A DNA stretch of 64,000 bases, from the NCBI GenBank assembly GCA_963775295.1, contig CAVZIK010000006.1, positions 3,218,829 through 3,282,828 on the forward strand. The letters are read 5' to 3'. A program made the position numbers and the translations under genes. The DNA is from an uncultured Actinomycetes bacterium (GTDB lineage Bacteria > Actinomycetota > Thermoleophilia > RBG-16-64-13). Below, piece by piece: positions 9,032 to 17,651 of the stretch (positions are counted from its first letter, which is position 1; each line of letters starts with the position of its first letter). The notes beneath the pieces are model-generated. The model ran no database searches and was not told the origin of the DNA. It was given only the letters and a program-made list of their open reading frames with translations.

Positions 9032-10432
9032 ATGACAAGTGCGCCCAGATTGTCCAAGCGCGAAACCGCAGAGTCGCTCGACATGAATCCACTATTCTCC
9101 CGACCGGGGGAGGCGACAGAATTTCCGAGATTTGTCCTTCCCGCGAGTGAATCTTTGCCAGAGACCGCTTATCAGATCGTGCGCGACGAGGCCATGCTCG
9201 ATGGAAACGCGCGACTCAATCTCGCGACCTTCGTTGGCACCTGGATGGATAGCTATGCCGACAGGCTCTATGCGGAGGCCGCGGACAAGAACCTAGTCGA
9301 CAAGGACGAGTATCCACAAACGGCGGCTATCGAGGCTCGCTGCTGGCGCATGCTGGCCCGGCTTTGGAACGCCCCAGAGCCCGCCAGGGCAATCGGGACA
9401 TCCACAATCGGATCGTCCGAGGCTTGCATGTTGGGTGGGCTGGCCCTGAAGAGACGCTGGCAGCACAGTCGCAAAGCGGCGGGCAAGCCTACAGATCGAC
9501 CCAACCTCGTGCTCAGTTCAGCCGCCCAGGTGTGCTGGGAGAAGTTCTGCAACTATTGGGAAATCGAGGCTCGCTACGTTCCCGTTTCACTGGAACATAA
9601 GGTGCTCGATGGCCAAGATCTTGAGAGCTATGTGGACGAGAACACTATCGGCGTGATAGCCATTCTTGGCGTGACCTACACCGGCATGTATGAACCGGTC
9701 AGTCGGGTGGCCGCGGCGCTCGATGTCATCCACGCCAAGACCGGCCTCGACATCCCGATCCACGTCGACGCCGCCTCGGGTGGGATGGTCGCGCCCTTCT
9801 TGCAACCGGAGCTCGTGTGGGACTTCAGGTTGGAGCGGGTCGCGTCCATCAATACCTCGGGACACAAGTATGGGCTCGTGTACCCAGGCCTTGGTTGGGT
9901 GATCTGGCGTCGTGAGGATCTCTTGCCGGAAGACCTCGTCTTCAGAGTTAGCTACCTCGGCGGGGACATGCCCACCTTCGCACTCAACTTCTCCCGGCCC
10001 GGTGCCCAAGTTCTCTTGCAGTATTACCTCTTTCTGCGTCTGGGCTTCGAAGGGTATCGCGCGGTCCAAGCCGCCTCGAGAGATGTCGCGCTTTTCCTGT
10101 CGAGACAGATCGCGCGGCTGCCGGCGTTTCAGCTCTGGAACGATGGCTCCGACATCCCGGTCTTTGCCTGGCACATGAAGGAAGGACATACAGAGAACTG
10201 GAACCTCTACCACTTGTCGGAGCGACTGCGGATGGATGGCTGGCTCGTCCCGGCCTACCCCATGCCCGCGGACCTCAACCGCCTGACCGTTCAGAGGATT
10301 GTCGTGCGCGCGGGGTTCAGTCACGACCTGGCGGCCGGCTTTCTCGACTCACTGACCAAGGAAGTCACTTACCTCGACGCGCTCACCGGCCCCATGCCTT
10401 CTGCGAGTCGGCAGGCTGGCTTTCATCACTGA
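9032..10432 (+). CDS. gadB: Glutamate decarboxylase (PLP-dependent)
   Basis: LDGNARLNLATF, DKDEYPQTA, STIGSSEACMLGG, IHVDAASGG, SINTSGHKYG (PLP lysine). Confidence 0.95.
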   Translation: MTSAPRLSKRETAESLDMNPLFSRPGEATEFPRFVLPASESLPETAYQIVRDEAMLDGNARLNLATFVGTWMDSYADRLYAEAADKNLVDKDEYPQTAAIEARCWRMLARLWNAPEPARAIGTSTIGSSEACMLGGLALKRRWQHSRKAAGKPTDRPNLVLSSAAQVCWEKFCNYWEIEARYVPVSLEHKVLDGQDLESYVDENTIGVIAILGVTYTGMYEPVSRVAAALDVIHAKTGLDIPIHVDAASGGMVAPFLQPELVWDFRLERVASINTSGHKYGLVYPGLGWVIWRREDLLPEDLVFRVSYLGGDMPTFALNFSRPGAQVLLQYYLFLRLGFEGYRAVQAASRDVALFLSRQIARLPAFQLWNDGSDIPVFAWHMKEGHTENWNLYHLSERLRMDGWLVPAYPMPADLNRLTVQRIVVRAGFSHDLAAGFLDSLTKEVTYLDALTGPMPSASRQAGFHH

Positions 10433-10577
10433 GAATCTCGGCATTGCTACCTTGCCAGACTTGCGTTCGCATCGAGACTTCCGTGGTCTCGATGCGACCG
10501 CAAGCAGAGTCCAGTAGGAAACGGAGCACTGGTCGAAAGCTCCCAATTCGCCTGAGGTAGCCTGCCTTGGGCTCGAT

Positions 10578-10799
10578 CTACCCTATGAAGCCCTCCCCGT
10601 TTTCGGTGAGCTTGTACGCCTCTCCGACGCTCGACGCAAGACCGGCGGCCTCCAATTCCCTCAGTCCGCTTCGAACCCGAAATAGAGGAAGATCCGTCTC
10701 TTCAGCCACAACCTCAGCACTTTTGGGGCCGGCGGCAATGGCCCGCAGCATCTTCACCCCGTTTTCGGTGGGCCTGCCGTCAGAACCTACGCACGCCAT
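10578..10799 (-). CDS. Small winged-helix-like hypothetical protein with N-terminal Cys
   Basis: MACV...VAEETDLPLFRVRSGLRELEAAGL...YKLTENG wHTH pattern. RBS GGAGGAG; starts 3 nt after the peroxiredoxin stop. Confidence 0.7.
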   Translation of the reverse strand: MACVGSDGRPTENGVKMLRAIAAGPKSAEVVAEETDLPLFRVRSGLRELEAAGLASSVGEAYKLTENGEGFIG

Positions 10800-10802
10800 G
10801 AG

Positions 10803-11459
10803 CTACTCCTCCAAAGGACGTCGGCAAAGGTACCAGTCGTCGCACTCGTATCCCTGTTTCATTCGCTCCTCGGCGGCCTCGGCAGTCTGGGGCGGAGGCA
10901 CGACGACGTTTTCCCCGGGACGCCAGTTGGCAGGCGTGGCGACCTGGTGTTTGTCCACGGTCTGAAGGGAGTCGATGATCCTCAGGATCTCATCCGTATT
11001 GCGGCCGGTGCTCAGAGGGTAGTAGAGAATGGCCCGGACGATCTGCTTCGGGTCGATGATAAAGACGCAGCGCACCGTCTCAGTCTTACTGTCCCCCGGA
11101 TGAATCATCCCGTAGGCGGTGGCCACCACCTTGTTGAGATCGGCGATCACGGGGAAGGGGATCTTCTTGCCGCACTTCTCTTCAATGTTGCGCAGCCATG
11201 CGATGTGTGCGGTCACGCTGTCGACGCTCAAGCCAAGAAGCTCGACGCCTCGTTCCCGCATCTGCGGATAGACGTCCGCGAAGGCCATGAACTCCGTGCT
11301 GCAGACGGGGGTGAAGTCCGCCGGGTGGGAAAAAAGGACCAACCATGTGCCTTTGAAATCTTCCAGCCGCAGAGTCCCTTGGGTTGTGGGAGCTTCAAAG
11401 GAGGGGGCCGGCTCTCCTAGTCGAGGAATGCTTGCCACTGTTTGTTCGGTATCTATCAC
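10803..11459 (-). CDS. Peroxiredoxin (AhpC/TSA, Prx6-like)
   Basis: LFSHPADFTPVCSTEF peroxidatic Cys, YPLSTGRN, ATPANW. Confidence 0.95.
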   Translation of the reverse strand: MIDTEQTVASIPRLGEPAPSFEAPTTQGTLRLEDFKGTWLVLFSHPADFTPVCSTEFMAFADVYPQMRERGVELLGLSVDSVTAHIAWLRNIEEKCGKKIPFPVIADLNKVVATAYGMIHPGDSKTETVRCVFIIDPKQIVRAILYYPLSTGRNTDEILRIIDSLQTVDKHQVATPANWRPGENVVVPPPQTAEAAEERMKQGYECDDWYLCRRPLEE

Positions 11460-11520
11460 TGTAGCTCTCCTGTGCCGGGGGTTCGCGCGCCCCTTGGGGC
11501 GTCATAGTTTGTTATGGCGC

Positions 11521-11538
11521 TGATAAAACAATCCTAAA
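11521..11538. promoter_or_regulatory. Weak Fur/PerR-like box upstream of peroxiredoxin
   Basis: TGATAAAACAATCCTAAA is AT-rich in a GC-rich context and partly matches TTAGAATnATTCTAA. Confidence 0.3.
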
Positions 11539-11775
11539 CCGGGCAAGCCAACGAACCTGATAGTGCTCCGGACCCAAGCGAGCCAAACTCGGCCGCTAAG
11601 TTAGACGTCCCTGTGTATTCCGCGCCAAACCGATCAGCGATTCCACTTTATGGCGATCCATCATGCCAGCTCCAGTTCCCTTCAGTTCTCAGATTCATCC
11701 GTCATTTGACTCAACTCCCCGTGAGACTCGAATGCCGTTTCGCGTCCGCCCTCCATCGGGTCGCGCTCGACCGGG

Positions 11776-12168
11776 TTATGTGTGCACGGATACCTCGAAT
11801 TCCGGTTTCTGGCCCAATTGAGCCTTTATGTAGCACTGTCCCGTCGCCCGCACTACGGCGTCGTAATACTTTTCAGGGAAGTCCGCCGGTAGCTTTATGT
11901 CCACGCTGACCATGTCGAGCAGGTGAGTCTCCTCGCTACGGTGGCCCTTCAGGCTCAAGCGTGCATCCTCGTATGACAAGCCGCGCTCTCTAAGAAACAT
12001 CAGGACCTGAAAGCCGGTGCAGGTCGCAAGAGCGCTGAGCAGGATATCGAAGGAGCCCACATCCCCCGGATCGCCGCCCTTATCTGGGGGCATGCCGGTC
12101 TCCAAAACCATGCCCTTGCACGCTGCTTGGACCCGTTCCGCGCTTGGAAAGCACACCTCCACGTTCAT
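11776..12168 (-). CDS. OsmC family protein
   Basis: PPDKGGD...LLSALATCTG...ATGQCYIK two-Cys pattern. RBS AAGGAG. Confidence 0.85.
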   Translation of the reverse strand: MNVEVCFPSAERVQAACKGMVLETGMPPDKGGDPGDVGSFDILLSALATCTGFQVLMFLRERGLSYEDARLSLKGHRSEETHLLDMVSVDIKLPADFPEKYYDAVVRATGQCYIKAQLGQKPEFEVSVHT

Positions 12169-12199
12169 TCCGCACTCCTTTCAGTTCGCCAGAAACGCC

Positions 12200-12520
12200 T
12201 GCCTTGGATAAGTCAATATCCCCGCCGAACCGGTTACGTCTCGGGGCGAGGAGCCAACTCGCCAGCATCGCGAGTTACATGCGGAGCACACGGGAACCAC
12301 GCGGCCCTATCCCGACGGCCGTGTGGGTCCTGCTTCACCTGGAGCAACCGACTTAGGAAGCGGCGGATGAGCGGCCTACCAAGTCGTAACCCCCGAGGCT
12401 GTAAACCTCAGGAACGAAGCCAAAGAAGAGAGGGGCCGTCCCTGCGGATGACACCGGTGATGCCACTGGAGGCGAAGGCCCGACGCAGGCCAAAACCGGG
12501 GCAGTCGACTGCAGAGGCAA
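12200..12520 (+). ncRNA. Candidate structured non-coding RNA (~300 nt), family not recognised
   Basis: Gene-free 368-bp gap with nested stems: ccggtt 12230-35/aaccgg 12494-99; aactcgc 12256-62/gcgagtt 12270-76; ccacgcggcc 12297-306/ggccgtgtgg 12317-26; tgcttc 12331-36/ggagca 12341-46; cgactt 12349-54/aagtcg 12381-86; gagg/cctc 12395-409; cctgcg 12441-46/cgcagg 12484-89 enclosing two hairpins. Linkers are A-rich on the + strand. Confidence 0.5.
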
Positions 12521-12536
12521 GTGATCCCGCGTTCGA

Positions 12537-12827
12537 TTAGGAGGTAAGGTCGGCTTTGCGCCTTCTAAATTCGTCTTGATCTATCTCTCCACGGGCGTAG
12601 CGTTCTTCCAGGATGCGAATCGCCTCGGACTTCTCCTGGGCAGGCGGCTGAGAACCGGGCCCCTGCCAATACGGCGGGACATCCTGTCGCCTCTCGCTGC
12701 CCGGATGAGCGAAGTACCTGATCAAGTAGACGATCCCGACGACTACCGCGATCCAGAAGATAACCATGAATCCCATTCCCACCCAACCTCCAGCACCCAG
12801 ATGATCGCCACCCCACCACCACATCAC
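12537..12827 (-). CDS. SHOCT domain membrane protein
   Basis: Gly/Trp/Met-rich N-terminus, one TM helix, C-terminal AIRILEERYARGEIDQDEFRRRKADL. Start overlaps the copZ stop. Confidence 0.85.
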   Translation of the reverse strand: MMWWWGGDHLGAGGWVGMGFMVIFWIAVVVGIVYLIRYFAHPGSERRQDVPPYWQGPGSQPPAQEKSEAIRILEERYARGEIDQDEFRRRKADLTS

Positions 12828-13072
12828 GATCGATCACCTCCCGTTTCCGTATCCACCGTATAGCCCGCGGCTCGGATAGCCTCGGCGACCTGCTCCCTCT
12901 GGACGGCACCGGCATGGCCGCGAACCCTGACTAGGCCGGTTCCCAAGTCCACCGCGACGTCTTCAACTCCGGGGACCGATTCGGCTGCGGCCGTAACAGC
13001 CGCTACACAATGCTGGCAGCTCATGCCTCCGACTCTTAACTCGAGTTCCATCTCTTCGTTGCTGCTGGGCAC
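12824..13072 (-). CDS. copZ: Heavy-metal-associated (HMA) copper chaperone
   Basis: LRVGGMSCQHCV, VPGVEDVAVDL, AIRAAGY. Confidence 0.9.
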   Translation of the reverse strand: MPSSNEEMELELRVGGMSCQHCVAAVTAAAESVPGVEDVAVDLGTGLVRVRGHAGAVQREQVAEAIRAAGYTVDTETGGDRS

Positions 13073-13335
13073 GATTCTCTCCTTACCCCTTCATCCTTTG
13101 CGGGAACTGCGGGTCGCTCCCCTGGTATTAAGGCACATACCCGAGACCGCAACTCTGCAGGCATTCTGGGGACAAAGGTCGGAAGTCGCCCACGATGATC
13201 CCCGAGCCGGACGGTGCTACCACCGAGCGCCCCGAGGGGCTGTTGGAAACGATATTTCCAAAAATCCGCGAGCATCGCCAGGGCGTCCCGACCTGGCTGA
13301 GTTTAGCGAGGCAAGGCGAGCAACCAGCAGCTCCG

Positions 13336-13566
13336 CTAGTCTTCACCGCCCTTGCTTCCGGAAGAAGCCAAGGAGGAGGCCTCGGCCTCCCCGATCTTCT
13401 CTATGACCATCCGATACGGCTCGTCCTGGAACGAGAAGTTGATGTGGGCATGGGCCTTCGTGATGTCCATCGAGGTGAGTTCGCACCCGCAGTCTTCTTG
13501 CATGTTGGCCAGAGCATCGCTCAAGAGTTGCAGGAGCTTGTGTTCCTGGTTGCTGCTCCCCATCAT
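13336..13566 (-). CDS. Small hypothetical protein (75-76 aa)
   Basis: Strong RBS GAGAGGAGAGG before ATG. Protein-like composition with a DCGC motif; no recognised family. Confidence 0.55.
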   Translation of the reverse strand: MMGSSNQEHKLLQLLSDALANMQEDCGCELTSMDITKAHAHINFSFQDEPYRMVIEKIGEAEASSLASSGSKGGED

Positions 13567-13981
13567 CCTCTCCTCTCAACCAGCCTCATTTCACTGTAAC
13601 CCCGTCGGGCCATCGCCGCAATCCCCGGACGAGATCGGGAATGCGTAGGCCAACGCGGTCGAGAAGCTGGCGTGACGACAGATTGCGGCCGGGTGAGCAG
13701 TGACCGGTTTGAGATGAGTTGGAGCTCGGGTTTCGCACCCGCGGGCGACGGAAATGCTTAACCTTCTCTATCGGCATCTACGTCGGCGACCAGACGAGTA
13801 CGACCGACCGCGAGCGGTTTGTCGGCAACGACCGCGAGCTCGAACACTACAGCGGGAGGTTCAATGGTGATCGACCTCTCCTGACACGGACTGAGCATGG
13901 ACTCAAGGGCCTATGGGAACAAGGGTACCAGGCGGGTCAATCAGTCTGGCGGCGTGTAACTCCGCGATCAGAGGAGCGGAT

Positions 13982-14731
13982 ATGTTCAGAGACGGAACTC
14001 ACAGAAGAGATGCTTGTTCTCGTCGCGTGCGGCGCAGCGTGGTCGTTCTCGGTGCGGCCGTCGTCACTCTCGTGCTAGCGCTGTCGGGATGCGGCTCGGC
14101 GAGCACAACGGGGTCCACTGTGGTCGGGGAAACGACGACCATCGTCGCACAGGGACAGGCCGGATCTCTTCCGCTTACGGGGACGTCGTATACGATTTCT
14201 GTCGCCGGTGGCAAGTTGAGCCCGGCAACGCTCGAGATACCCGCTGGCTCGGGCGTGGTCTTCATCAACGCTGAGGACGACAGCCAGACGCAGCACGACC
14301 TTGTGGCAGACGATGGCAGTTTCGACACCATGGCCCTCAACCCTGGCGGTGAATACTACGTCTACTTCGCGGGGATGGGCACCGTCACGTTCCACGACGC
14401 GTTGAATCCCGAAATCAAAGGCAGCATCGTGATCACCACCGGGGACACGTACCTCGGGACGGGCATACCGCCGACCGGAGCCTTCATCGGCGTCGGCAAG
14501 AATGGGCTGAGTGCCACGACTACCCAGACCCGAGTGGGGGACCGCGTCACCTTTTTCAACGCCGAGGACGACAACACCGTGAATCATCACATCGTCGCTG
14601 ACGATGGCAGCTTCGACACGGGTGTCCTGCGGCCGGGCGAGTTCTACTCGGTGACCTTCCAAAGCCCGGGCAGCTACTCATTCCACGACGTGCTGGACTC
14701 AAGCGTCAAGGGAACAATCACGGTCAAGTAA
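13982..14731 (+). CDS. Lipoprotein with two tandem cupredoxin-like domains lacking type-1 Cu Cys/His/Met ligands
   Basis: RBS GAGGAG, lipobox LSGC, Thr-rich linker. Repeats VF.NAEDD...H..VADDGSFDT..L.PG...FHD.L....KG.I. Confidence 0.8.
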   Translation: MFRDGTHRRDACSRRVRRSVVVLGAAVVTLVLALSGCGSASTTGSTVVGETTTIVAQGQAGSLPLTGTSYTISVAGGKLSPATLEIPAGSGVVFINAEDDSQTQHDLVADDGSFDTMALNPGGEYYVYFAGMGTVTFHDALNPEIKGSIVITTGDTYLGTGIPPTGAFIGVGKNGLSATTTQTRVGDRVTFFNAEDDNTVNHHIVADDGSFDTGVLRPGEFYSVTFQSPGSYSFHDVLDSSVKGTITVK

Positions 14732-14825
14732 CAACGGGGCGAAAGTTCCCGGACCGCAGTCATACCCTGCAACAGGGACCGACCGCATTGTGGGGCGGCC
14801 TTTGCAGTCCGGTACGTGAGTACCG

Positions 14826-15203
14826 CTAGGAAGACAATGGCACGGCGTCCATCCGCGGCGCTCCGTCGCCCAACAGAGCCTCGACTGCCGCCTGATCGGC
14901 AAAGAGATGAAACGAGGGATCCTCAAGTAGTCCTACCATGCGGATCATCCCGGCGACACTTCTGTTGGCCCCTATGACACCCAAGCTGCCGTGCGGCCTT
15001 AGCGACCGCAGCAGGGTAAAGAATCCGCCCAAGCCGCCACTGTCCACGTAGAGGCACTGGCTCAGATCGATGAAGAGCAAATTGTCACTCGCGCGGAGCT
15101 GTCTGAGCCCCGCCTCGACAAAGTCGGAACTGTTGGAATGATCCAGATCTCCCGAAATCACCAGGGCCGGGGTGGACCCAAGAAATCCGGCGCGCATGGG
15201 CAT
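14826..15203 (-). CDS. STAS anti-sigma-factor antagonist (RsbV/SpoIIAA-like)
   Basis: ISGDLD, FIDLSQCLYVDSGGLG with the phosphoacceptor Ser. RBS AGGAGG. Confidence 0.88.
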   Translation of the reverse strand: MPMRAGFLGSTPALVISGDLDHSNSSDFVEAGLRQLRASDNLLFIDLSQCLYVDSGGLGGFFTLLRSLRPHGSLGVIGANRSVAGMIRMVGLLEDPSFHLFADQAAVEALLGDGAPRMDAVPLSS

Positions 15204-15234
15204 AGTCTTACCTCCTGCCGCTTTGCCACCTCTT

Positions 15235-15260
15235 CTTCCCCCGGAGGCACGCGGACAAAC
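15235..15260 (-). promoter_or_regulatory. SigB/SigF-like promoter upstream of the STAS gene
   Basis: GTTT-N16-GGGAAG on the minus strand. Confidence 0.5.
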
Positions 15261-15280
15261 AGGGCTGTCTTCCAGAGCTC

Positions 15281-15976
15281 CTACCCGACCTGGCCGCGTA
15301 TCTCCCCTAGGGGATGCTTGGTCGTGCCTACATTGAGGTAAACCGAGCCCGACCGAACCAGCGCGATGAAGTCTGCGACCGTCTTGCCGCGCAACGGTCC
15401 AACGAAATGGTCAGCCGTAAAGGATCCCTGCGTGACAACTCCGCTAAAGACGTCGCTCATCGTGGGACCGCCGTAGATAGTGAGAATCGTCGAGCCGGTC
15501 TCACCGGCCTTGCCCTCATGCAGACGAGCCAATGTGAGGTTGGCAAGATTGCTCACGCGAAGGATGTAGCGCACTGAGGAGCCGTCGGCCGCCACGGCGA
15601 GGGTGAGGGTGCCGGTCGCCGGGGTATCAACGACGGGGGTCTCGCTCTGGCCGGATAGCGCAGCACCAAGAGCCACGGTCGTATTCGTCGTCCCGAGCGT
15701 ACTCGAGGTAGTGGCCGCCGCAATCGAAGTGGTACTCGTGGTCGAGGACGAAGGGGGGCTGGTGGAGGTCGATGATGGAGCGACCGAGGTCGACGAAGTG
15801 GACGTAGAGGTCGTGGACGTTTTGCCGTCTGAGAAGACGAACACCCAGGCAATCACGGCGGCGACCACCACAACGGCTAGAACGAGAAAGACCAAACGAC
15901 GTCCTCGCGCCTGCTTCCTGCGGCGATGGTCGTTCCGAGAGCTGGGCGTAAGGTAGCGGCCTGGTTCCGGCGTCAT
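15281..15976 (-). CDS. Membrane-anchored CHRD domain protein with Ser/Thr-rich linker
   Basis: Basic N-terminus plus TM helix, STTSTSTSS linker, AALSGQSETPVVDTPATG ... VYLNVGTTKHPLGEIRGQ (CHRD signature). Confidence 0.85.
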   Translation of the reverse strand: MTPEPGRYLTPSSRNDHRRRKQARGRRLVFLVLAVVVVAAVIAWVFVFSDGKTSTTSTSTSSTSVAPSSTSTSPPSSSTTSTTSIAAATTSSTLGTTNTTVALGAALSGQSETPVVDTPATGTLTLAVAADGSSVRYILRVSNLANLTLARLHEGKAGETGSTILTIYGGPTMSDVFSGVVTQGSFTADHFVGPLRGKTVADFIALVRSGSVYLNVGTTKHPLGEIRGQVG

Positions 15977-16076
15977 GATCCTCGGGAAGAAATGAATGAG
16001 AGATCCTTCTCACAGATGAGGTTCTGCGTTCCGTTCGAACTTCCTTGTGATCGGAGCTCCGGCGAGTCCTTCGGTC

Positions 16077-17500
16077 GGTAGTGTCCCCGGACGTGGTGTA
16101 ACAGGAAGCGGCTGATCATGCCGGTTTCTGCGAAAAGGAAAGCCATCGAGTGTTCTCGTAGGTATTGGTGACAAAGCCGTACCTATGAAGGAGGACACTA
16201 CGATGGCCGATTCCATTGTCACCCCCGAAGAACTCCTCGGCAAGCTTCTTGCCGGCGGGGAAGTTGATCTGCTCCGTGAAGCTGCCCTTGCCATGCTTCG
16301 AGAGCTGATGGAGATCGACGTGCGGGGAAAGACCGGCGCCGCTCTTGGTGAACGCAGCCCCGATCGTCTGTGCTTGCGCAACGGATACCGGGAGCGGCGT
16401 CTTGATACCCGCGTGGGAACGCTCGAACTCCCCATCCCCAAGCTCCGAGAAGGCAGCTACTTCCCCAGCTTCCTTGAACCGCGCAGAAGAAGCGAGGAGG
16501 CGCTCTTTGCCGTCATTGCCGAGGCCTATGTGAAGGGCGTCTCCACCCGCAAGGTCGAAGAGCTTGCCCATGCTCTTGGCATCGATGGCATCTCGAAAAG
16601 CGAGGTCTCCCGCATCTGCGCCCGCCTGGACGCGCAGGTCGAAGCCTTTCGCGGCCGGCCGCTTGTTGGGCGCTACCCGTATCTCTTCCTCGACGCCACC
16701 TACGAGAAGGTGAGAGACGAGACCGGCAGAGTGGTCTCCATGGCGCTCGTGGTGGCCTACGCGGTCTCCGAGACCGGCGAGAGGGAGGTACTCGGGCTTG
16801 AGGTGTGCAAGAGCGAGGATTACGCGTTCTGGAAGGGATTTCTCGCCGGTCTTGTCTCCCGGGGCCTTGCTGGAGTGCTTCTCGTTATCTCCGATGCGCA
16901 CAAGGGTCTGAGAAAGGCTATCGATGAGGTCTTTCTGGGAGCGGGCTGGCAGAGATGCCGGGTGCACTTTCTGCGCAATCTGCTCTCCCTTGTGCCCAAG
17001 GACGGCCAGGGCATGGTCCTTGCCGCGGTGAGGCTCGTCTTCCAGCAACCCGATAAGGCCCGGGCCAGAGAGGAACTGAGGGCTCTTGCCGGCCGCCTGC
17101 AGGAACGCCTGCCCCGGGTGACCGCGCTTCTTCTGGAGGCCGAGGAAGAGATCCTTGCCCACATGGACTTCCCCTCTGAACATTGGCGCCAGATCTCCTC
17201 CACCAATCCCCTGGAGCGCCTCAACAAAGAGATCAACCGGCGTACGCGGGTGGTCGGCCTCTTCCCGAATGAGGGAAGCCTCGTCCGACTGATCGGCGCT
17301 GTCCTTTGCGAACAGAACGACGAGTGGGCGGTCTGTCGCAAGTACATGAGCCGCCACTCCCTGGCTCGCATCTACCAACAAACCACCCCGGAGATCGAAG
17401 GAGAGATCACCCACGCCGTTGCCATTCCCATCCACTGAAGGCTAAGCTTGAAGACCTACGAGAACACGATGGCTCTTACACCACATCGTGGGACGCTACC
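16077..17500 (+). mobile_element. IS256-family insertion sequence (1424 bp)
   Basis: Terminal IRs ggtagtgtccccggacgtggtgtaa (16077-16101) and the reverse complement of 17476-17500 match at 21/25. Flanked by the 9-bp direct repeat ccttcggtc at 16068-16076 and 17501-17509. Confidence 0.96.
16203..17438 (+). CDS. IS256-family (mutator-type) transposase
   Basis: RNGYRER, IPKLREGSYFPS, YLFLDATY, ISDAHKGL, WQRCRVHF, STNPLERLNKEINRR. RBS AAGGAGG. Confidence 0.97.
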   Translation: MADSIVTPEELLGKLLAGGEVDLLREAALAMLRELMEIDVRGKTGAALGERSPDRLCLRNGYRERRLDTRVGTLELPIPKLREGSYFPSFLEPRRRSEEALFAVIAEAYVKGVSTRKVEELAHALGIDGISKSEVSRICARLDAQVEAFRGRPLVGRYPYLFLDATYEKVRDETGRVVSMALVVAYAVSETGEREVLGLEVCKSEDYAFWKGFLAGLVSRGLAGVLLVISDAHKGLRKAIDEVFLGAGWQRCRVHFLRNLLSLVPKDGQGMVLAAVRLVFQQPDKARAREELRALAGRLQERLPRVTALLLEAEEEILAHMDFPSEHWRQISSTNPLERLNKEINRRTRVVGLFPNEGSLVRLIGAVLCEQNDEWAVCRKYMSRHSLARIYQQTTPEIEGEITHAVAIPIH

Positions 17501-17651
17501 CCTTCGGTCCCTCCAGGCTCCGACTGTCCGCGATTCAATCTGTCGAGAACTGGGTAGAAGCCAACAGTCCGCCTTCGCAGTAACGCCGGCCCTTTCGGGC
17601 AACCCGCGCGAATTTGGGCGAAGAAATCACCGCTAATCTTGGGAGCCATTC

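Noticed and set aside
11600-11730. RBS + ATG followed by in-frame TGA codons on the minus strand (possible selenoprotein)
   Set aside because: Multiple stops, no redox motif and no evident SECIS; more likely decayed sequence.
12200-12520. Assignment of the structured region to RNase P, tmRNA, 6S, HEARO/omega RNA or raiA
   Set aside because: Only short scattered resemblances are present; the hallmark sequences (GAGGAAAGTCC, tRNA-like ends, etc.) are missing. Kept as an unassigned candidate.
13719-13870. LTFSIGIYVGD... resembling a GGDEF C-terminal remnant
   Set aside because: Too short and degenerate to support.
15690-15830. Repetitive gtcgag/gtggt tract, and the gaagagct-type repeats near 21360-21480
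   Set aside because: Coding low-complexity sequence (Ser/Thr linker; EELQS coiled coil), not CRISPR or DNA repeats.
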